Below the pieces are notes generated by a model, which searched no databases, had not been told where the DNA came from, and saw nothing but the letters and a program-made list of their open reading frames with translations. Of a stretch of 36,586 bases of DNA, positions 27,199-34,050 are shown piece after piece (positions within the stretch are counted from its first letter, which is position 1; each line of letters opens with the position of its first letter). The position numbers and the translations under genes are program-made. This DNA comes from Thermoplasmata archaeon HGW-Thermoplasmata-1 (GTDB lineage Archaea; Thermoplasmatota; E2; GCA-002838935): contig PGXE01000007.1 in NCBI GenBank assembly GCA_002838935.1, positions 5,673-42,258 of the forward strand, given 5' to 3'.

Positions 27199-27232
27199 GG
27201 GCTTGATTATTCCGTGTTTGCGTTCTCACAAT

Positions 27233-27309
27233 GGGCCCATAGCTTAGTTGGTTAGAGCGCCCGGCTCATAACCGGGCGGTCGCCGGTTCGAATCCGGTTG
27301 GGCCCACCA
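27233..27309 (+). tRNA. tRNA-Ile2(CAT), agmatidine-type (a scanner might call it Met)
   Basis: GGGCCCA/TGGGCCC acceptor stem typical of archaeal tRNA-Ile; anticodon arm CCCGG-CTCATAA-CCGGG; GGTTCGAATCC; discriminator A and encoded CCA. Confidence 0.9.
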
Positions 27310-27573
27310 ATAACCCAATTTTACAAACCAACCAAGGACCAGACTGATATGGCTTAAACCGCTTCTCAAAATTCCAAAAAGGTTTAAGACAACTATCCGG
27401 TTGTGCCCATACCTACTTCTCAAACTCACAAAACAGCCGGATGAGAACTAAAACCAACGAGCGAAGCGAGTTAGACTGTCGCGAGAATCCGATTGGGCAC
27501 ACATCACAAATTCCTTTGGGGGATAGGATATCTTTTTATATCGTATCCATCTAATATCACAACAGGTGAGTTT

Positions 27574-28476
27574 ATGTCAAACACCAATACATCAAAAAAG
27601 GTGGCCGTTCTGGCGGTATTGCTGGCAGTTTCGTTCACGATTGCCGCGGCGGGCGCCGTTCTTGCGCAGGGCCAGTCCACAGGTGCAAAGGAAGGACAAG
27701 GCGGACCGCCGAGTTTCGCAGAGTCAAAAGCCGCAGGCAGCGAGAAGTGGATACTCAAAAACGACAACATAAGCGTCTGGTTCCAGGGGATGAAGCCCAT
27801 GCTCAAGGTGTTCAGCACTGCCGAGGACGGCAACGTTTCCGGATATCTCATCAAGCTCGACCAGATATACGAGAGGGATGGGGACGGCAACAAGGTCGCA
27901 TCCATAAACCTCAACGCGGCTTCCCTTGGGTGGACGAAGGCAGTAACGGAGACGGACGGCGGCCTCGATCTTCGCGTATTCGGCGAGGTTTCAGGCCCCG
28001 GTCTTTCGCCCACCACGACAAGCGCCTACATAGAGTTCGTGTTTCACCTCTATTCCAACTCCACCGATATAAAGTTCGATGTGAACGTCGAGGATTGGGG
28101 CTGGAAGTCGGATGACCCCGAAAACGCCACGCTTTCGCTGACGATGCTTCTCGTAGGCGAGAAAGCCCGCGAGAGATCAAACGGACAGGCCGTTAGCATG
28201 GGAAAGAAGGGCTACGTCGAGTGGGAGAAGAATGCAGAAGCCCACATGAGCAACGGCACTTCGAATGCCGCGCGGGTCCGCTCCAACGTTTCATCCGGGC
28301 AGGACGGAACGTTCGTAACGCTGACGTTCGAAACAGATGGCGGCTACGCATCGCTTTCCTACGATCCCACGCTCGGAGCGGATTCGATGGGAATACCGAT
28401 TGGCTGGGGCGTGCCGATAGCGGCACTTGGGGCAGCAGTCGCGTTGATTTCGAGAAGGCGCAAGGCAAGTCTTTAG
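27574..28476 (+). CDS. Secreted protein with a C-terminal sorting-signal-like anchor
   Basis: RBS AGGTGA; signal peptide; IKFDV.V..W.W and L.YDPTLG motifs; ends GIPIGWGVPIAALGAAVALISRRRK. Confidence 0.8.
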   Translation: MSNTNTSKKVAVLAVLLAVSFTIAAAGAVLAQGQSTGAKEGQGGPPSFAESKAAGSEKWILKNDNISVWFQGMKPMLKVFSTAEDGNVSGYLIKLDQIYERDGDGNKVASINLNAASLGWTKAVTETDGGLDLRVFGEVSGPGLSPTTTSAYIEFVFHLYSNSTDIKFDVNVEDWGWKSDDPENATLSLTMLLVGEKARERSNGQAVSMGKKGYVEWEKNAEAHMSNGTSNAARVRSNVSSGQDGTFVTLTFETDGGYASLSYDPTLGADSMGIPIGWGVPIAALGAAVALISRRRKASL

Positions 28477-28862
28477 GGAACGGGGCGCGCTGCGACCGTA
28501 ATGTAATACCCTTCCGCGTCAACCACGAGGGCCGAATTGGAATTCCCGTTATGATCGCTAAAGCGGTAGGTCGAAACGGTCCCGCCAAACCTTCTCGATA
28601 TCGAATCCGCCATCTCCCGTTCGAGAGTCGAGAACCGTGCGGCATCGTCGCTTTCCATCTTGTGCGGCTTCTCATTGTCGATTGCTATCGTGCCGTAGTC
28701 GGGTATGTGCCAGTTGAGCCTTATTGTCGGCGGGTTGCCGTGACCGACTAGCGAAACCTCGCCGCTTTTTATGCCCAGCTTCTGGCGCAGTTTGTATTCC
28801 TCTCCTTCCATCAGTTTCTTTGCGTCCCATTTCTTGAGGACGGCCATCACCGTTTCTTCCAT
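28473..28862 (-). CDS. Hypothetical protein
   Basis: 129-aa ORF with a strong RBS GGAGG upstream. Confidence 0.65.
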   Translation of the reverse strand: MEETVMAVLKKWDAKKLMEGEEYKLRQKLGIKSGEVSLVGHGNPPTIRLNWHIPDYGTIAIDNEKPHKMESDDAARFSTLEREMADSISRRFGGTVSTYRFSDHNGNSNSALVVDAEGYYITVAARPVP

Positions 28863-29096
28863 TCTTCATTCCTCCTTTCGGACCTGCCGTGCGGACTTTT
28901 TTCTGCCGCGTTCACCTGAATATTGCAGCGCGGGGTAGAAAAACCTTGTTTTTGCGCGGGGTCCTGTTTTTGCGAAGCGTTGCTGCGGTTTTCCAGCTTT
29001 ATCCGCATGAGATATGAATTGGTTTCAATGATTTTTCCAACCCCTTAAATAACCCTTTTTAGATACCTTTTTCACGTCTATTACAGAGGTAATTTC

Positions 29097-29339
29097 ATGT
29101 TCAAGGCTCACATAGAGATAAAACTCAAGAAAGGCGTGGTCGACCCCGAAGGCAAGAACATAGAAAAGACCCTTCACCTGCTTGGTTTTGACACCGTGAA
29201 AAGCGTCCACTCGCAAAAGGTCATAGTCGTGGAACTCGACGCCGCAAGCAAGGAAGACGCGGCCGCGAAGGTCGGCGAGATGTGCAAGAGGCTTCTCACG
29301 AACCCGGTCACCCACGACTACACGGTCGTCATTTCCTGA
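29097..29339 (+). CDS. purS: FGAM synthase subunit PurS
   Basis: LKKGVVDPEGK.I and MCKRLLTNPV..DY motifs; RBS GAGGT. Confidence 0.95.
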   Translation: MFKAHIEIKLKKGVVDPEGKNIEKTLHLLGFDTVKSVHSQKVIVVELDAASKEDAAAKVGEMCKRLLTNPVTHDYTVVIS

Positions 29340-29358
29340 TGTTCCGGGGGCGATTTAT

Positions 29359-31716
29359 CTGACCGGCGCAAAACACCTGTTTCGGAAGATTGAGGGCGCG
29401 GACTTCGAGATTTACGAAATCGAACTTCTCGGCGCAAGCGACAAGGAACTAAAAGCGCTAAGCGACGAACTCGGGATACGGCTCTCGCCAGACGAGATGC
29501 GCACGATAAAGAAATACTTCGAAGGGAAGGGACGAAACCCGACGAACATAGAGTTGCAATCCCTCGGCCAGGCGTGGAGCGAGCACTGCTGCTACAAGTC
29601 GAGCAAGCCCGTTTTGCGCAAATTCCTCTTCGGCCTGAACCAGCCATACGTCATAGACAAGGGCGACGCGGGCGTGGTCGAGTTCGACGACGACAACGCC
29701 TACGCGATAAGGATAGAATCCCACAACCACCCCTCCGCGATAGAGCCCTACGGCGGCGCGGCAACGGGCATAGGCGGGATAATACGCGACATACTCTGCA
29801 TGGGCGCAAAGCCGATAGCGCTTGCCGACCCGCTCTTTTTCGGCCCCCTCGACGCGCCGCTGGATTCGGTGCCGGAGGGCATAAAGCACCCCAAATATCT
29901 CGTATCCGGCGTCGTTTCCGGCATACGCGACTACGGCAACCGCGTTGGCGTCCCAACGATAGCTGGCTCCGTCACCTTTGACGAGAGCTACGTGGGAAAC
30001 TGCCTCGTCAACGTCGCATGCGTAGGCATAGCAAAGAAATCCCAGCTTGTCACCAACTCCGCGAAGAACGAGGGCGACGCGCTCATCCTCGTCGGCGGCC
30101 ACACCGGGCGCGACGGCATACACGGCGCAAACTTCGCGTCGGTTGAGATAACCTCGGAGACCGAGGAGCAGGACCGCGGTTCTGTGCAACTGGGCGATCC
30201 GATAACGAAGGAACCGGTCATCCACGTCTGCGTCGAGTGCGCGAAGAAGGGGCTTCTCACCGGCATGAAGGACCTTGGCGCCGGCGGCCTCTCCTGCGTC
30301 ACGGGCGAGCTTTGCCTCAAGGGCGGCTTTGGGGCCGAGGTGCATCTCGACCGGGTCCCGCTCAAGGAGGCCGACATGGCCCCGTGGGAGATATGGGTCT
30401 CCGAGAGCCAGGAGCGCATGATGCTCGCGGTAAAGGAGGAGAACGTGCAGAAGGTGCTTGACATCTGCAACCTCTGGGACGTCTCCGCGATTCCGCTTGG
30501 AAATGCGATAAAGGACAAGGTCACGCGCATCTATTACCACGGAAAGAAGATATTCGAACTCGACCTCGACTTCCTCACCGAAGGGCCGGAGTATGAAAGG
30601 CCGTGCAATCTGCCGTCCGCGCCCATAATGGAAGAGGCAAAAAAGGCGAAAGCGGCAAAGCCCCGCAAGTTCGGCACTTACGGCGAGGCGCTCCTTGCGC
30701 TCCTTGCGGATTTCAACGTCTGCTGCCGCGACTGGGTCATAAGGCAATACGACCACGAGGTGCAGGGCAGGACCGTCATAAAGCCGCTCCAGGGCAAGAT
30801 GAACGCGAACGGCCCCGGCGACGCGACCGTGCTAAAGCCGGTCGAGGACTCCTACCGCGGCCTTGCGCTCTCGATAGCCTCCTCGCCATTCACGACCGCG
30901 ATAGACCCCTACAAGGGCGGCCTTGCGGTCATAGACGAGATGTGCAGGAACCTTGCGGCGGTCGGCGCGATGCCGCACTCCTACACGAACTGCCTCAACT
31001 TCGGCAACCCGGAAAAACCGGAGCGTTTCGGCGTATTCCACGAGGCGGTGCGCGGCCTTGGCGACGCGTCGAGGGCGATGTCGCTTCCCTGCCCGTCCGG
31101 AAACGTGAGTTTCTACAACGAGTCGCACAACGGCGCGATCAAGCCGACCATTTCGGTGCTTGGCGCGGGGATAGTCGATGATGTTCGCAAGTGCGTCACC
31201 ACCGACCTCAAGTGCGCCGGCAATTCCATATACCTATTAGGCGAAACGCGCGAGGATTTCGGCGGCTCTGTCTATTCGCGCATAACCGGAAGGGACGGCG
31301 GGGTTTCGCCGATCGATCTCGAAAATCTCAAGAGCGGCGTGGCGGCGACCGTGAACGCCATACGTTCGGGATGCGTCGCTGCCTGCCACGACCTCTCCGA
31401 CGGCGGCCTTGCGGTCGCGCTTGCGGAGATGTGCCTGGGCGGCTCCATCGGCGCGGAAGTGAACCTCGGTGCGCTCGGTGCGCTGCCGACCGACGCAAAA
31501 CTCTTTGCGGAGTCCGCCACCCGCTGGCTCTTTGAAGTGAAGACTGGCGAGGAGAAGAGGTTCGAGGCCGCGATGAAGGGACTTATGCTGTTCAGGATAG
31601 GGACCGTCGGCGGGGAGTCGCTGACGGTTGCGGACGGCAAGAAGCAGGCGGTATGCGAGAACGTGGAGACGCTCAGGAAGGCTTGGGCGGAACCGCTCTG
31701 GAACGTCATGGGATGA
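29359..31716 (+). CDS. purL: FGAM synthase subunit PurL; probable CTG start at 29359
   Basis: WSEHCCYKSS, ESHNHPS, GAATGIGG, DLGAGG, SESQERM, GNVSFYNE and HDLSDGG motifs. The frame is open and PurL-like upstream of the first ATG (29497). Confidence 0.93.
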   Translation: MTGAKHLFRKIEGADFEIYEIELLGASDKELKALSDELGIRLSPDEMRTIKKYFEGKGRNPTNIELQSLGQAWSEHCCYKSSKPVLRKFLFGLNQPYVIDKGDAGVVEFDDDNAYAIRIESHNHPSAIEPYGGAATGIGGIIRDILCMGAKPIALADPLFFGPLDAPLDSVPEGIKHPKYLVSGVVSGIRDYGNRVGVPTIAGSVTFDESYVGNCLVNVACVGIAKKSQLVTNSAKNEGDALILVGGHTGRDGIHGANFASVEITSETEEQDRGSVQLGDPITKEPVIHVCVECAKKGLLTGMKDLGAGGLSCVTGELCLKGGFGAEVHLDRVPLKEADMAPWEIWVSESQERMMLAVKEENVQKVLDICNLWDVSAIPLGNAIKDKVTRIYYHGKKIFELDLDFLTEGPEYERPCNLPSAPIMEEAKKAKAAKPRKFGTYGEALLALLADFNVCCRDWVIRQYDHEVQGRTVIKPLQGKMNANGPGDATVLKPVEDSYRGLALSIASSPFTTAIDPYKGGLAVIDEMCRNLAAVGAMPHSYTNCLNFGNPEKPERFGVFHEAVRGLGDASRAMSLPCPSGNVSFYNESHNGAIKPTISVLGAGIVDDVRKCVTTDLKCAGNSIYLLGETREDFGGSVYSRITGRDGGVSPIDLENLKSGVAATVNAIRSGCVAACHDLSDGGLAVALAEMCLGGSIGAEVNLGALGALPTDAKLFAESATRWLFEVKTGEEKRFEAAMKGLMLFRIGTVGGESLTVADGKKQAVCENVETLRKAWAEPLWNVMG

Positions 31717-31740
31717 GCGGAACAATCAGGGTGATCCAAG

Positions 31741-32589
31741 ATGAAGGTATCAGACGCGAAGGTGTGCATCCTCCAGATAGAGGGGACGAACTGCGACGAG
31801 GAGACCTACTGGGCTTTCAAGAGACTCGGTGCCGACCCGGAGGTAGTCCACCTCAAGCAGCTCATAGGCACGGGCATACCGCACGGGATGAAGAGGTCGC
31901 TTTCCGACTACCAGTGCCTTATATTCCCCGGCGGCTTCTCCGCAGGCGACTACGTGAGGGCGGGAGCGATCTTCGCCGCAAGGATGAAGGCGACCCTCGC
32001 AAAGGAGTTGCGCACGTTCATCGGCGCTGGTTATCCGGTCGGCGGCATCTGCAACGGCTTCCAAATAATGGTCGAGCTTGGCGTGCTGCCCGGACTTGGC
32101 GAGAGCATGACGCCGCTTCCCGAAGCGATACTCGACAAGAACGACTCCGACCGCTACGAGTGCCGCCCGACGCTCCTAAAGCACGAGAGCAGGGGCAACT
32201 GCGTCTTCACCTCGAAGCTGCCGCAAAATAAGGTAGTCATGATCCCGTGCGCCCACGCCGAAGGGAAGCTGGCATTCCCCAAGAAGGAGGGGGACAGGAT
32301 AGTCGAGAAACTGATCGAGAACGACCAGATAGTATTCCGCTACGTGGACGAGGATGGCAACTACGCGGGATATCCGTGGTGCCCCAACGGCGCGATATAT
32401 AATATAGCGGGCATCTGCAACCCGGCGGGAAACGTATTCGGCCTGATGCCCCACCCGGAGCGCGCATTCCACCGATTCCAGCACCCGGACTGGACCCGCA
32501 CCGGACTTGGCGAAAGCGGCGAGGGCGAGAACGGCGACGGAAAGGTAATATTCGAGTCGGCTCTGGACTACATAGGGAAGAAGTTCTAG
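31741..32589 (+). CDS. purQ: FGAM synthase glutaminase subunit PurQ
   Basis: GTNCDEE, PGGFSAGDY, GICNGFQ, AHAEG and MPHPER motifs; RBS GGTGA. Confidence 0.96.
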   Translation: MKVSDAKVCILQIEGTNCDEETYWAFKRLGADPEVVHLKQLIGTGIPHGMKRSLSDYQCLIFPGGFSAGDYVRAGAIFAARMKATLAKELRTFIGAGYPVGGICNGFQIMVELGVLPGLGESMTPLPEAILDKNDSDRYECRPTLLKHESRGNCVFTSKLPQNKVVMIPCAHAEGKLAFPKKEGDRIVEKLIENDQIVFRYVDEDGNYAGYPWCPNGAIYNIAGICNPAGNVFGLMPHPERAFHRFQHPDWTRTGLGESGEGENGDGKVIFESALDYIGKKF

Positions 32590-32613
32590 AGCATCGTCTT
32601 TCTTATCGCCTCA

Positions 32614-32789
32614 GCAATCGGCGTCATGATTATATAGCGCCGCACCCCAAATATGACCTCGTTTTGCATAGCGCGTTTCGTGTCGCAATCGCCGTCATGA
32701 TTATATAGCGCCGCACCCCAGATATGACCTCGTTTTGCATAGCGCGTTTCGTGTCGCAATCGGCGTCATGATTATATAGCGCCGCACCC
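32614..32789. repeat. 71-bp tandem repeat, about 2.5 copies, each with a TATA box
   Basis: Units start at 32614, 32685 and 32756 (GCAATCG(G/C)CGTCATGATTATATAGCGCCGCACCC...); only 2 substitutions between full units. Confidence 0.9.
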
Positions 32790-32808
32790 ATTATTGCATT
32801 GTGGGCGA

Positions 32809-33147
32809 ATGGGCGAAATAGCGTCACCGAAGGAGTTCTTCGAAAGCGTAATGCCAAGCAGGTTCGATGCGGAGAAAGCTGCAGGCATCGACTGCATAAT
32901 CCAGATGAGCATTACCGGACCGAACGGCGGGGAATGGCAGATAAACGTCAAGGATCAGAAGATGAACGTCTCCGCCGGAGTCAATCCGTCCCCGACGATA
33001 ACGGTGACGATGAGCGACGAGGATTTCCTGAAAATGGTCAACGGAACACTGGGGACGATGGCCGCATTCTTTACAGGTAAACTCAAGTTCAAGGGCGACA
33101 TGGCTACCGCGCTCAAGCTGCAGAAGATAGGGATTTTCAACTTTTAG
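32809..33147 (+). CDS. SCP2 sterol-binding domain protein
   Basis: RFDAEKAAG...IQ..ITG..GG.W.I, P..T.TMSDEDF..M..G and AFFTGKLKFKGDM..ALKL motifs. Confidence 0.9.
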   Translation: MGEIASPKEFFESVMPSRFDAEKAAGIDCIIQMSITGPNGGEWQINVKDQKMNVSAGVNPSPTITVTMSDEDFLKMVNGTLGTMAAFFTGKLKFKGDMATALKLQKIGIFNF

Positions 33148-33177
33148 TTAGTGTATTTGATATAATTATTCTTTCGC

Positions 33178-34050
33178 TTAGTTCATCTTCATCTTTACGA
33201 GCCCGTCCCTGCCGAAGGAAAGATGGCTGCCGAAAAGACTGCGTATGCTGGAGGCCTCGCTTTGCGGATGTGCGTCCGGATTTATGAGAAACAGCGCCGT
33301 TATCGTTCGGTCGGCCAAGCGCTCGAGCGCGGACTTTACGAAAGCGTATGCGGTTTTTATCCCGTCGGATATTATGAGGTCTGTAAGGTTGTCGTATATC
33401 ATCGCCACGCTCTTTCCGGCGTGCTGTTCGAGTATCGGGGAGAGCATCAACTGCGCTCCGGCTTCTATAGTCTGGATGCGTTCCTCGCACTTTGCCACCG
33501 CGTATAGATTGCTCGACGGGTTGGTGATTACGACTACTTCGTCCCCGTTCTCCATAAATTCGATTACGAAGTCCCTCAGGCACATCTCGTATGGCGCCGC
33601 CGGATCGAATCCCAGCAGGATTTTTCTGCCCGAAACCTGCTGATGGCTGAGCGCGAGCGCCGCCGAAAACTTGATTTTCCTTACAATCGCCAGATGCTTT
33701 TCAACCTCCCCTTTGAGTATGTCGATTGTGAACGGCTTTACGATGTAGCCGTTTGCGCCCGCGTCCTTTCCCATCTTCTTGTCGGTGTCGCGCCCGAGCG
33801 CCGAGAAAAGCACTATCGGGATGAATCTTGTCTTGGAGTCCTGCTTGAGAATCCTGCATACGTCAAAACCGTTCTTTCCCGGAAGAATTATGTCGAGAAG
33901 GACAAGGTCGGGAAGTTCGGAGTTCGCCTTTGCCAGCGCATCGTCGCCGTCCGGCGCGGTGACGACCTCGTATCCTTCCCCCTCAAGCATTATCTTTGCG
34001 AGATTGAGGATATCATCCTCGTCGTCCACCACCAGAATTTTTCCCTTCAT
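33178..34050 (-). CDS. Response regulator: REC domain fused to an inactive KaiC/RecA-like (DUF835-like) domain
   Basis: ILVVDDE, LVLLDIILP.KNG and YIVKPF motifs; C-terminal MIYDNLTDL...ALFLINPDAH without a Walker A motif. Confidence 0.85.
   Translation of the reverse strand: MKGKILVVDDEDDILNLAKIMLEGEGYEVVTAPDGDDALAKANSELPDLVLLDIILPGKNGFDVCRILKQDSKTRFIPIVLFSALGRDTDKKMGKDAGANGYIVKPFTIDILKGEVEKHLAIVRKIKFSAALALSHQQVSGRKILLGFDPAAPYEMCLRDFVIEFMENGDEVVVITNPSSNLYAVAKCEERIQTIEAGAQLMLSPILEQHAGKSVAMIYDNLTDLIISDGIKTAYAFVKSALERLADRTITALFLINPDAHPQSEASSIRSLFGSHLSFGRDGLVKMKMN

Noticed and set aside
27233..27309. tRNA-Met (initiator or elongator)
   Set aside because: It lacks the A1-U72 pair and the GGG/CCC anticodon stem of the initiator. 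The GGGCCC acceptor stem fits archaeal tRNA-Ile2.
32614..32789. Mini-CRISPR (34-bp repeat x3 with 37-bp spacers)
   Set aside because: The two spacers are almost identical, so it is a plain tandem duplication. There is no ATTGAAA(C/G)-like end or leader.
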